From a bacterium (GTDB lineage Bacteria; UBA8248; JACPRG01; G963555815), in the NCBI GenBank assembly GCA_965261595.1, contig CBDHDG010000004.1:672001-736000 (forward strand): a stretch of 64,000 nt of DNA. The letters run 5' to 3'. Of the stretch, positions 28,310-38,752 are shown in pieces (position 1 is the first letter of the stretch; each line of letters begins with the position of its first letter). A program made the translations under genes and the position numbers. The notes below the pieces were generated by a model. The model worked only from the letters and a program-made list of their open reading frames with translations. It made no database searches and was not told the origin of the DNA.

Positions 28310-28797
28310 GGTCGAATACCCTCACCCGAGTGTCCAATAACCCAGGGGCGGTCCAACAGTTTCTTCATGCTCTCTTCTCCCTCTCGTTTTGTAATGGTTC
28401 CCACTTGGAAGACAAAGATTGACCGTCCGGATCACTCGGGCGCCGGATTGAGGGCTTCCCCGGAGACTCGACTTCATCCCCTCTCCCCCTGGATTCAAGC
28501 ATCGCCACTTCTCTGATAACCAAAAAGAAGAGGAGAAATTTCATGGATCGTTGAAATCGTCTAAATTTTTCTTCCACCGGCCTTACCCCCGGCAGGCCGG
28601 ACATCCGGGCCAACCTTGCCCGGCCCGAGCGCAAAGTCATTCCTCCGCCCCTTCAGGACCGCGCGTTCTCATTCGGAGGCTGATATACTGGCAAGGGAAC
28701 CATCACCCGAACCCGACCCAAGAACCTTTGAACGCTCCACTTCGGCCGGGATCCCCCGGATTGCAGGCCCATCGTTTCATGCGGAGGAACCGAGCCC

Positions 28798-29334
28798 GTG
28801 TCGGAAAACCAACCCAAAGACCCCGGCGGCTACACCGAACACAAAGAACTCAGCGCCGACCAGGACTCGCTGCCCTTCGCGGTCATCACGGTCAGCGATA
28901 CGCGCACCGAGGAAACCGACAAGAGCGGAAAACTGATCCGGGACATGCTGACGGAAAAAGGCCACCGGATCGCCCGGCGCCGCATCGTCAAAGACGACCC
29001 CGACGCGATGAAGGAGGAGTTGGAGGCCTGCCTCTCCGATCCGGACATCCGAATTATCATCTCCAACGGGGGGACCGGCGTGGCGCGGCGGGATGGGACC
29101 TACGAGGTGGTCACCTCCTTCCTGGAAAAAACCCTCTCCGGTTTCGGGGAAATCTTCCGCATGCTGAGCTACGACGACATCGGAGCGGGGGCGATCATGA
29201 GCCGGGCCACGGCGGGGATCGCCCGGGGCAAGGTCGTGTTCGCCATCCCGGGCTCCTCGGGCGCCGTCCGCCTCGCCATGGAGAAGCTGATCCTCGAAGA
29301 GGCCGGCCACATCTATTGGGAGATCACCAAATAG
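28798..29334 (+). CDS. moaB: Molybdenum cofactor biosynthesis protein B (MoaB/MogA family)
   Basis: VITVSDTR...DKSG, GGTG...RD.T, GFGEIFR..S, SRA.AG, PGS. Confidence 0.9.
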   Translation: MSENQPKDPGGYTEHKELSADQDSLPFAVITVSDTRTEETDKSGKLIRDMLTEKGHRIARRRIVKDDPDAMKEELEACLSDPDIRIIISNGGTGVARRDGTYEVVTSFLEKTLSGFGEIFRMLSYDDIGAGAIMSRATAGIARGKVVFAIPGSSGAVRLAMEKLILEEAGHIYWEITK

Positions 29335-29458
29335 GAACGCGGCGCGAAATGAAATGAACGGTTCACGACATGCGGATGAGAAGACCCCGCGGGAGCCCTA
29401 GAAGCTGTGGGCGGGCAAGGGGTCTCCAACCCGGGGGGTCTCCGACCCGAGGGGTCTT

Positions 29459-30663
29459 TTACTTGCTGATCGTTATCGTGGGGGCGAAGGCACCGGAGAC
29501 GTCCGTCAGCGTCATCTGGAAAAGTTGGTAGAGAAGGATGAAGGCCCGCTTGTCCCACCGCGTATCACTCACGGAATAGTGCCGATCCCTGAACGACGCC
29601 TGGGCGATGTGGGAGGGAGGGGGACTGCCGGTCACCCGGATCGCCAGCGTCCGCTTCGGGTTGGAATCGACCTTGCCGGTGCGCGGGTCTTTTTCCACGT
29701 CAAATTCGGGAATCCGCTCGACTTCGTCTCCCAGGAATTGAGTGATGAGGTTCAGGCTGCGGAGCTTAATCGCCCCGAAGAAGGAATAATCGCCACCGGG
29801 GCGCCCCGGCCGGATATCCACGAGAATGAAACTTTCCGGCCTGGAATTCGCCAACCGGTTGAGCTCCGCCCGTTCGGCGTTGCTCAATTTGCGCGGGTCA
29901 TAGTTCGACACCAGGACCCGGCCGACCACCTTCCTGCGAAGCTCGTATGTCGTATTCTTTCCCGCCGTATTTCCTACGGGTCGAAGCCTGTATCCCATCT
30001 CCCGCGCCTTTATGAGATCCATCGCCGGCGGCGGTTTCGACAGCTTCATCCCCAGCGACTCTTCAAAGGTGATCCGGGAGACAAACAGCTTTCTTTGCCC
30101 GTTCAGCCAAGTCCAGTGCAGGACCCGCCTGCGGAATTCTTTGTATTCCTCCGTCTTGTCGGGAGAATTCAGGATGAAGCCTTGAAACGCTCCGTCACGA
30201 TTTCGGATTTCGATCCCCCGCGCCATCAGCCGCGTCACCATGTCGAATCGCGCGCCTTGAATCAGAAGAAACTCGAATTTCCTTTCGTCCATCGGGGTCA
30301 AGACACGCTTCGTGAATTCCTCGCCCTGTATGGGGACGATGCTGAGCGTCGGGTTCTCCGCCACGCTTGACCCAAGACTCAACTCCAGCGAATCGCTCCC
30401 GGGAAATGCCAGGGTTCCCGTAAGCCCGATTTGTGTGCGGAAATCGAATGTCGCCGCGATGCTCGATGGACCGTGAAGTGACTCGGCAGATCATTGTGCT
30501 TCCGGGCGATGTTGAGCAGGAGCATCTCCCGATCCAGCCGGCTGATGGTCTCGTCGTAACCCAACACCGCCTGGTGGAGCGCCACCGGCCCCAAACACCC
30601 TGCCAAAAGAGGAAACAGAAGTAAGGACGCCAAGCGGAGCAGGGTGGGACGAAAACTTTCCAT
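29459..30663 (-). CDS. Hypothetical lipoprotein (frameshifted near 30380-30470)
   Basis: LAGC lipobox and LLLNIAR in 30379-30663; continuation ENPTLSIVP in 29459-30382. Confidence 0.6.
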
Positions 30664-30830
30664 GATGAGCCTATCAGGGAGATTTACTGTTTCAAATTCG
30701 GACAGACGAGCACCGGCCCAGTCGTTGCTGTTCGGCCCGCTTTTACCCCGCTCTGACCGGACCTGTCAACTCCATCCCATGCTCCTCGGGGGTCGTCCGC
30801 CCGGCCACGGAGAAGCTTGATCCCCGAAGA

Positions 30831-30852
30831 GGGCGGGCAAGATGCCCGCCCT
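30831..30852. repeat. REP-like palindrome (similar copy at 61215-61237)
   Basis: GGGCGGGCAAGATGCCCGCCC, intergenic. Confidence 0.55.
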
Positions 30853-31026
30853 GCCCGCGTTTGAAAACACCCACCTTCCACCGTCCGGTAGGCCGGGCGT
30901 TTGGGTCGGTGGACCCCTTGCCCGGCCGGAAGGGGCAATTCGGATCTCGAACCGTAGAGCGATTTACAACACGCTACAAGATGGTGGAAATTCCCCCTTG
31001 CGGACGCGGAGGGGGAGCACAGGACG

Positions 31027-33347
31027 TTATTTCTTCAAGGCCGTCAACAGCTTCTCCGCCGTGACGGGAAGCGAGGTCATTCTCACGCCCGTGGCGTTAT
31101 AGACCGCGTTGGCGATGGCGGCGGCGGTCGGGTCGATGGGCGTCTCCGACCCCCCCTTTCCGCCGAACGGGCCGTACGGGTCGTTCGTCTCCACCAGGAT
31201 CGTCTGAATGGGCGGGGCGCCCTCGGCTCTCGGCAGGGGATAGTCGGCGAAGCTCCCGTTCACCACATCGCCCCCTTCGTAGATCATCCGCTCGTACAGG
31301 GCCAGCCCCAACCCCTGAATCACGGCCCCCTCCACCTGCCCTTCCGCCGTCAGCGGGTTCAGCGCCCGCCCGATGTCGTCGGCCGCGATGAGCCGCAGGA
31401 CTTCAATCCACCCGGTCTCGACGTCCACCTCCACCTCCGCCGTCTGGGCGGTGAAGGTGTACGCGCCTGCGATGTTTCCGTACCGGGTCTCATCAGCCAT
31501 CACCGAGGGGGGGTCATACGTCGCCCGGGCGACGATGGGCGCCCAACCGGGCCGGCAGACCGAATCCCGAATCAGCTCCCCGACCGAGAGGCCCTTCTCC
31601 CCGCTCCCCACGACCGAGATGCGCCCATCTTCGATCCGGAGGTCCTCCCGCGCCGCTTCGAGGCGGGAGGCGGCCAGACCCAGGATCTCCTCCCGGGCCT
31701 TTCCCGCCGCGCTCCGGACGGCGTTTCCCGCGATGAACATCAGGCGGCTCGCCCGCGCGCCGAACCCCAGGGGGATGATGTCCGTGTCCGCGGCGGAAAG
31801 CTCGATGTCCTCCAGACGGAACCCCAGCTCCTCGGCGGCGATCAGGGCCAGGACCGTGTTGGCCCCCTGGCCGATGTCCCCCTCGCCGATGACCAGGCCG
31901 GCCCGGCCGTCCTCGCGGATGCGGATCTCGGCCCCGGCGCCGTCCCAGTCCATGTGGACGCGGTTTCCGCTGACGTGGACGGCGCAGGCCATCCCGACCC
32001 CCCGGACGGCCCGCCGCCCGGCGCCGGAATCGAGCGCCCCTCCTCTCCCTTCCCCCTCCCGCCCTTCTCTCGCCGCCCCTTCCACCCGCAGGCCTCCGCC
32101 GCTTTGCGGATGCAGTCCGTGAGGCTGCAGCTCTTCATCTCCCAGCCGTGAATCGAGGTCTCGCCCTCCCGGATGGCGTTCTTCAACCGTAGGTCGAGGG
32201 GGTCCATCCCCAGCGCCTCCGCCAGGTGATCGAGGCAGGCCTCGAGGGCGAAGACCATCTGGGGGTTGCCCATCCCGCGGAACGCGCCCGCGGGCAGGCG
32301 GTTGGTGTAGACCATCCGCGCGTCCGTCCGGAGGGACCCGAACCGGTAGCAGTTGTCCATCCGCATGCACGTGACGCTCATGACCTTCTGCGTCCGGCCG
32401 CAGTAGGCGCCGGCGTCCCCCTCGATCCGGGCCTCTTTGGCCGTGAGATCGCCTTCGGCCGACGCGCCCACGCGCAGGCGGATCCGGTAAGGGACCCGGG
32501 GCCTCGATCCCCGGAATTCCTCCGTCCTGCTGTTCGACAGATGAACCGGAAGACCCGCCGCCCCGGCGAGCAGGGCGGCCAGGATGGTGTTGGGCTCGTC
32601 CACCATCTTTCCGCCGAACGCCCCGCCGACGCTGGGCTGGATGATCCGCACCCGGGAGGCCGATACGCCCAAGGCCTCGGCCACGCGGTCCCGGGCGGGA
32701 AAGATGTTCTGGACCGGGGCGTAGACGGTGAATTTCCCCGCCGGGTCCACTTCGGCGACTGTCCCGATGGGCTCCATGTAGGCGTGGTGCTGCATCGAGG
32801 TCTCGAACGTGTTCTCGTAAACGGCCGCCGCCCTCCCGAACGCCTCCTCCGGGTCCCCCCGCAAAAAGGTCATGCGCCGGGCGACGTTGTCCGGCCTCTC
32901 TTCATGGAGGACGGGCGCGCCCTCGGCCAACGCCTCGTCGATGCCCAGGACCGGCGGGAGGAGCTCGTATTCCACGCGGATCCGGTCGAGGGCTTCGAGG
33001 GCCGCGTCCTCTTCGGCCGCCGCCACGGCGGCGACCTCCTCTCCCGCGAAGCGGACGCGCCCCGCGGCCAGGGCCGTCTGATCTTTGATCTCGTGCCCCC
33101 AGCGGACTTGCGGAATGTCATCCCAGGTCAGGACGGCCCGGACCCCGGGGACCTTTTTGGCGGCGGCGGTGTCGATCCCGGCGATACGGGCGTGGGGGTG
33201 CGGACTGCGCAGGACTTTTCCCGTCAGCATGCGGGGAAGGCGGAGGTCCGCGACGTAAGCCGCCCTCCCCCGCGCCTTCGCCGGGGCCTCCAGCGTCGGG
33301 ACGGGCTTTCCGATCCAGCGAAACTCGCCGGGGTTCCGGCTCATCAT
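31027..33347 (-). CDS. Xanthine dehydrogenase-family molybdopterin-binding subunit (frameshift near 32050)
   Basis: LRSPHPHARI, VGGAFGGK, AFRGMGNPQ in the N part; GQVEG, GPFGGKGGSE in the C part. Confidence 0.85.
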
Positions 33348-33394
33348 GAACCTCGAACAGAGACCGGACCACGAGGGGGGGGGTCCGCGTCGGA

Positions 33395-34510
33395 TTACGG
33401 AATGACGATCAGCTCGTCGTTGGGGGTCTGATCGGACAGGACCTCGCACCCGGAATCGGTGACCGCGACCATGTCCTTGCTCTGAAGGCCGAAACCCTTT
33501 CCCACGCCATAGACCAAGGGCTCGATCCCGAGCACCATGCCCGCTTCCAGGCGGTGGTCGGAGTATTTTCCCAGGTAGGGATCCTCGTGCAAATGGAGAC
33601 CGATGCCGTGCCCCACGAAGGAGATGGGGGGAAGACCGAGCTCCCCGAACTTATCCAGGAACGCTTCATAGACGGCCCGGGCGCCCGCGCCGGGCTTGAT
33701 CAGACCGAGGACCCGTTCCTTGCACTCTATCAGGACCCGCCAGATGTCGATCTCCTCGGCCGAGGCCTCCCCGACGACCGCGGTCCGGCAAACGGCGGCG
33801 TGATACCCGCCGATGATCCCGAAAATCTCCACCCGGCAGAGATCCCCCCGCTTGAGGACGCGGTGCGTCGGCCCCACGTTGGGGTACTCGCTCCGCTCGC
33901 CGGTGGCGACGATCATCATCCTGAACTGTTCCGCGCCGCGCGCGTAGATCTCACGGGTCAGCGCCCCGGCCAGGTCCATCTCGGTCATCCCCTCCCGGAC
34001 GGCGCCGAGCGCCTCGCCCACGGCCTGGTCCGTGATCCGGGAGAGCCGCCGGAGGAGGTCGATCTCCTCGGGCGATTTCAACTGCCGCAGGCGGTTGAAA
34101 ATCTTCTGCGCGGCCGAAAACCGGGCCTCGGGCAGGAGGCCCCGTAGCTCCTCGAAGTCCCCGGCCGGGAGATAATCCATCTCGATCCCGACGGCGGCTT
34201 CGGCGAGTCCCAGGTCCCAGAGCAGCCGGGCGAACACCTCCATCGGCCGGTCGGTAAATTCCCCCCATACCCGGATCTCGACGCCTTCCGCCCGGCTCCG
34301 GACGGTGGTCTCCTCCATGTCGACGGTCAGGAGGGCCTCCCGTCCGTCCCCCGTGACGACGGCCATGGCGTGCCGCCAGCGCATCAAGTGCTGCGAGGGG
34401 ACGACGAATCCGGCGGTGTAGGCGAAGTTCTCCGGCGACATCGCGACCAGGGCGTCCAGACCGGCCTCGGCCATGGCATCGCGCTGCCGGCTGATGATTT
34501 CCTTTTGCAT
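33395..34510 (-). CDS. M24-family (Xaa-Pro peptidase/creatinase-like) hydrolase
   Basis: R.LKSPEEI, GHGIGL.LHEDP, LEAGMVLGIEP. Confidence 0.88.
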   Translation of the reverse strand: MQKEIISRQRDAMAEAGLDALVAMSPENFAYTAGFVVPSQHLMRWRHAMAVVTGDGREALLTVDMEETTVRSRAEGVEIRVWGEFTDRPMEVFARLLWDLGLAEAAVGIEMDYLPAGDFEELRGLLPEARFSAAQKIFNRLRQLKSPEEIDLLRRLSRITDQAVGEALGAVREGMTEMDLAGALTREIYARGAEQFRMMIVATGERSEYPNVGPTHRVLKRGDLCRVEIFGIIGGYHAAVCRTAVVGEASAEEIDIWRVLIECKERVLGLIKPGAGARAVYEAFLDKFGELGLPPISFVGHGIGLHLHEDPYLGKYSDHRLEAGMVLGIEPLVYGVGKGFGLQSKDMVAVTDSGCEVLSDQTPNDELIVIP

Positions 34511-34541
34511 GGGGAATCCCCCCCCCCTTCCATCGGTCCCG

Positions 34542-35633
34542 CTAGGTTACGGCCGCGAGGACCGCCTCCGGCGAAAGCCCCTCCAGACCCATCCGGGCCA
34601 TGTTGAGGCCGTCGCGGCGATAGTCCTTTTCCAGGGCGATCGACGCCAGGGTGATCATGCTGTCCATGGCCGGGGTCTCGACCCCGACGAGCCGGCCGAA
34701 CCCGGACATCGGGACCAACCCGTAGCCGATGTCCTCGTGTATGTACCGGTGGTCCAGGGAGGAGGGGGATTGGATGGTCGCGTTCGGCCCGCTTTCGAGC
34801 ATGGCCCGGTGCACCGATCGCGACTGTCTCGCCGCCTCCGTCGTCAGGCCCGCCTCGCGGAAGTAGTCGATAAAGGCCGGAACCTTCAGGCCGAGCCGCC
34901 CGACAATGGCCAGACGCTCGGCGTCCACCTCCTCGATGACGCGCGCCACCGAGGGGGTGATCGACTCCTTGTAGAACAGAACGTCGCCCCCGGTGAACTC
35001 GATCCACCCCGCGTTCATCAGCATCCCCGGCGGATGGATCACGGCGTTGATGTTCATGAAACCCGTTTCCAGGACGCTGGAGGCCGGGAGGAGGTTGGGG
35101 AAGAGCGGGGTCAGAAGCCCCCGCAGCTCGGCCGTGCGCGAGGCCGGCAGGGCGGCGAACCGGAGGTTGGCCGTCTCCCGGTATACGGCGGCCGTCGCCG
35201 GCCCCTCCATCCGGCAGATGTAGGTCAGCGTCACCGACTCGCAAAGGGGGGGCTCGTCCGGCCCGTTCGCCGAGCGCAACGCGCCGGCGAAGTGGAGTCC
35301 CCCGCCCGTGTGTCCGGGGTTCAGGTAGATGACCTGCTCCCCGTCCAGGAGCGGCGCGAGGGCGCAGGCGTAGCCTTCGTGGGAAACCGAAGGGACCACC
35401 AGCATCACGAGATCGGACCCCGGGACAACCTCCGCGAGATCGGTCGAGAGGACCGCCGGCCGAACCGTTCCCCGATACGCGCCCTGAACGGTGATCCCGT
35501 CCCGCAGGGGGGCGAGGCGCTCTTCGGACCGGCTGTGCATCCGGACTTCGAAACCGCGCAGCGTCAGGACGGCGGCGGCGGCGCATCCCCCGTGGCCGGC
35601 CCCGAGAACGGCGACCGTTCGGATTTCACGCAT
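34542..35633 (-). CDS. NAD(P)-dependent opine (octopine/nopaline) dehydrogenase family protein
   Basis: GAGHGG, LNPGHTGG, NINAVIHP, HRYIHEDIGYGLVP. Confidence 0.88.
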   Translation of the reverse strand: MREIRTVAVLGAGHGGCAAAAVLTLRGFEVRMHSRSEERLAPLRDGITVQGAYRGTVRPAVLSTDLAEVVPGSDLVMLVVPSVSHEGYACALAPLLDGEQVIYLNPGHTGGGLHFAGALRSANGPDEPPLCESVTLTYICRMEGPATAAVYRETANLRFAALPASRTAELRGLLTPLFPNLLPASSVLETGFMNINAVIHPPGMLMNAGWIEFTGGDVLFYKESITPSVARVIEEVDAERLAIVGRLGLKVPAFIDYFREAGLTTEAARQSRSVHRAMLESGPNATIQSPSSLDHRYIHEDIGYGLVPMSGFGRLVGVETPAMDSMITLASIALEKDYRRDGLNMARMGLEGLSPEAVLAAVT

Positions 35634-36795
35634 CGGAGTCCACCCGGTATTTCGCGATCTTGTCCTCGTCTACGTCGATCCCCATTCCCGGGCCGTCCGG
35701 CACGCGGATCGCGCCGCCTTCGAAGGTGAAGGGCGCTTGGATCAGGTCGTCGGTGTAGTAAATCCCGGCGATCCGGCCGTCCTGGGCCTCGGCCGGGGTC
35801 GAGACGGGGACCACGCAGGAGAGCGTGACCGGCGCGGCGGCGGCGGCCAGGTGGATGTTGGCGAGGTTGCCCACGCCCGTCTCCACCGAGCCGTTCAGGT
35901 TGCACGGGAACCCCGCGGCCCGCGCCACCGCGGCGACCTCCATCGCCCGGTAAAGCCCCCCCGGCTTCGTCGTGTAGATCGAGATGATGTCCGCCGCCCG
36001 GCGCTCGAAAATCTCGAGAACGTCGTAGGCGTTCCACGCGGTCTCATCCGCCATGACCGGCGTATCCAGGGCGCGCGCGACTTCGGCCAGGCGCGCCATC
36101 CCCTCGACCGGCTGCTCGGCGTATTTGAGCCGGACGGGCTCCATGGCCTTGAGCGTCTGAAGGGCCTCCGCCGGACTGGCGTAGCCCTGGTTGGCGTCCA
36201 CGCAGAGGTCGATCTCCTCCCCCACGGCCTCCCGGACCCGGTGAACGAGATCGATGTCCCGCCGGGGATCCCCGCCCACCTTGATCTTGATTGTCCGGAT
36301 TCCCTCTTTCACGACCTGCCGGCATTCGGCCACGGCCTCGTCGCCGGGGAGAAGCCCGATGGAATGCGTGACCGGAATCCAATCCCGGACGCGGCCGCCC
36401 AAGAGGGCGTAGACGGGAACGCCGAGAGACCGACCCGTCAGGTCGTAGGCGGCCATCTCGACAGCGGCCTTGGCGTAGGGGTATCCCCGGACCGCGGCGT
36501 CCATCTTTTGGTGAAGCCCCGCGAAGTTCCCCGCATCCTCATTCAGAACCGCCGGCGCCAGACAGCTCTCGATGACGAACTTCACCGTGCCCGCCGACTC
36601 GCCGAAATAACGGCCGTAGTCGCCCGCCCAATCCTTGAGCGCGGGCGCCTCTCCCCAGCCGACCGTTCCGTCGTCGCCGGTCATCCGGACGAGGAGATAC
36701 CCGCCGATGGAGTCGGTCTTGAGCCCCGTCCACTTGTGAACCCGCCGCGTCGGCAGGGCCACATGGATCATCTCTATCCTCCGGATTTGAGTCAT
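35626..36795 (-). CDS. Muconate cycloisomerase/mandelate racemase (enolase superfamily) enzyme
   Basis: GWGE, KIKVG, DANQ, EQP, ADE motifs. Confidence 0.9.
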   Translation of the reverse strand: MTQIRRIEMIHVALPTRRVHKWTGLKTDSIGGYLLVRMTGDDGTVGWGEAPALKDWAGDYGRYFGESAGTVKFVIESCLAPAVLNEDAGNFAGLHQKMDAAVRGYPYAKAAVEMAAYDLTGRSLGVPVYALLGGRVRDWIPVTHSIGLLPGDEAVAECRQVVKEGIRTIKIKVGGDPRRDIDLVHRVREAVGEEIDLCVDANQGYASPAEALQTLKAMEPVRLKYAEQPVEGMARLAEVARALDTPVMADETAWNAYDVLEIFERRAADIISIYTTKPGGLYRAMEVAAVARAAGFPCNLNGSVETGVGNLANIHLAAAAAPVTLSCVVPVSTPAEAQDGRIAGIYYTDDLIQAPFTFEGGAIRVPDGPGMGIDVDEDKIAKYRVDSDA

Positions 36796-37009
36796 TCAAA
36801 CGTCTCCGGATTGTCCAAAAAATCAGGGAGGAGGAGGGGCGCAACCCTGGCGGCCGCCCCGGCCCATCGAAGGCGGCGTCCCGCTGTCAAAGAGCAAACC
36901 TTAACAGGAGGCGGTTCCACGGGGCAAGGGTCGTCCGGGGCGTCGAAACCGGCCCTTCTCAGGCACGTCGCCAAATCATGGAGCGTCGATCAGGTCTCAG
37001 CCCCCCGCT

Positions 37010-38752
37010 TCAATCCTCCACCGTGAGGGCCGAACACTCCATCTCCCCGCGCTCCCCCCGCCTGACGCGCGTCACGCGCCGCCATCCGGGGTCGATCCCG
37101 GGATGATCCAGCCGGTAATGGGCGCCGCGGCTCTCTTTTCGCATGCCGGCCGCGGCGGCCAGCATGCGGGCGACCTGACACAGGTTCCGGGTTTCGACGG
37201 CCGCGCGCATCGCCTGGTTGCGGGCCGCCGGGCCCATGCCGTCCAGCTCCTCGGGCGGAGCGAGCGTCAGGCTCTCCCGCACCCGCGTCTCCAGCGCCGC
37301 CAACCGCTCCACCGCCGCGTCGAGCCTCGGGCCTTCCCGGATGATGCCGAGGTCGGCTTGGGCCAGCTCCCGGATCTCCCGCCTTACGGCCGCGGCCGGG
37401 ACGCCTTCCCGCCGGTCGCGGACCGCGTTGAGCCAACAGACGCCCTCCCCCCCCTCTCCCCCCTCCAACGCCGCCCCGGCCTCCGCCCGCGCGGCGCTCT
37501 CCCCGGCCAGGCGCGCCGCCGCTTTCCCCGCGCGGCTTCCGAAGACCATGGCGGCCGACAGGGCGCTTCCGCCTATCCGGTTCGCCCCGTGGATTCCGCC
37601 GGCGTTGTCCCCGGCGGCGAAGAGTCCCGGCACGTCCGCGGCCCCGTCTACGTCGATCTTCACGCCCCCCAGCCAAGTGTGCGAGCCCGGGGCCAGCTCC
37701 TGGGGCCGCTCGGTCAGGTCGATCCCGTGGTTCTTGTATTGGCGGTGGATGTGGGGCGCGTACTTGAGGATCCGATCGAGCGGCAGGTGGGTGCTGTCCA
37801 GATAGATCCCCCCCGCCGGGGTCCCGCGGCCTTCGCGGATCTCCATGGCCATGGTGTGGCAGATCTCGGCCCGGCCGGCCTCCTCCGCGATTCCCGGATA
37901 ATACCGTTCCATGAAGGCCTCTCCAGAGGCGTTGCGGAAAATGCTCCCCATGATGATGAAGCCGGTGGGGTGAGGGGCGAACCCCCGCATCTTCTCCGGC
38001 GCGACGCAGAGGGGCTGAAAATCGACCATCTCCAGGTTGATCAGAGAGGCCCCCGCGCGATAGGCCGCCGCGTATCCGTCTCCGGTGATGAGGGGCGGGT
38101 TGTCGTGCACAAGGTAGAGGGCCGAGCCGCCTCCGGAGGCCAGAACGACCGCCGGCGCGGAAATGGCCAGCCATTCGCCCCGGCCGTAATCCCAGGCGGC
38201 CGCCCCGGCGCAGCGCCCCGCTGAAACCGCGAGGTCCACGAGAACGGCCTGCTCCGCCCGCTCGATGCCCGGCGTTTTCTTGACCTTCGACGACAGACAC
38301 TTCATGACGGCCACACCCGTGTGGTCGCGGCCGTGAAGGGCGCGGGGATAGGTGTTCTTCGGCATTTCCTTCTGCTGAAAGTCTCCGCCCTCCCGAACGA
38401 GGTCAAGCCCCCAGGTCTCCTTCTCGCGGACCAGGGGAACAATATCCCGCGTCCAGACCTCCGTGAGACGGGGGCTGTTCAGACCTCCTCCATTCCTCAA
38501 CACGTCTTCGGCGTGGGCCGCCGGGCTGTCCCGGGGATCGCGAATGGCCAGGGCCGCGCCGAACCCTCCCCGCGCCATGCCCGAGACGCCGCTCGGGACC
38601 CGGCCCTTCGTCAGGAGGAGGACCTTCGCCCCCGCCTCCGCCGCGGAGATGGCGGCGAGACAACCCGCCGCGCCGCTTCCGACAACGAGGACGTCAACGG
38701 CCTTCTCGATAACAGGGGAGGGGGGGGGCAGGGGGGGCGGCCGGAGGCTCAA
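37010..38752 (-). CDS. FAD-dependent oxidoreductase, SdhA/NadB-like flavoprotein
   Basis: DVLVVGSGAAG, TGDG, GLFAAGD, GIHGANRIGG, ESRGAHYR; TTG start overlaps upstream stop. Confidence 0.85.
   Translation of the reverse strand: MSLRPPPLPPPSPVIEKAVDVLVVGSGAAGCLAAISAAEAGAKVLLLTKGRVPSGVSGMARGGFGAALAIRDPRDSPAAHAEDVLRNGGGLNSPRLTEVWTRDIVPLVREKETWGLDLVREGGDFQQKEMPKNTYPRALHGRDHTGVAVMKCLSSKVKKTPGIERAEQAVLVDLAVSAGRCAGAAAWDYGRGEWLAISAPAVVLASGGGSALYLVHDNPPLITGDGYAAAYRAGASLINLEMVDFQPLCVAPEKMRGFAPHPTGFIIMGSIFRNASGEAFMERYYPGIAEEAGRAEICHTMAMEIREGRGTPAGGIYLDSTHLPLDRILKYAPHIHRQYKNHGIDLTERPQELAPGSHTWLGGVKIDVDGAADVPGLFAAGDNAGGIHGANRIGGSALSAAMVFGSRAGKAAARLAGESAARAEAGAALEGGEGGEGVCWLNAVRDRREGVPAAAVRREIRELAQADLGIIREGPRLDAAVERLAALETRVRESLTLAPPEELDGMGPAARNQAMRAAVETRNLCQVARMLAAAAGMRKESRGAHYRLDHPGIDPGWRRVTRVRRGERGEMECSALTVED

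Larger units (their letters stand above)
26952..28355 (+). mobile_element. IS3-family insertion sequence
   Basis: Imperfect IRs sharing CCGC..GGGTT..TTGGACACTCG; ACAG duplicated at 26948-26951 and 28356-28359. Confidence 0.88.
26705..28368 (-). pseudogene. Small secreted NPCNPC-repeat protein (~84 aa) split by an IS3 insertion in its first codons
   Basis: Removing IS plus one ACAG restores ATGAAGAAACTGTTGTGTAGT (MKKLLCSFLVAAV...SDAAWHKKANPC...); RBS GGAGAAGAG; extra T near 26830. Confidence 0.85.
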
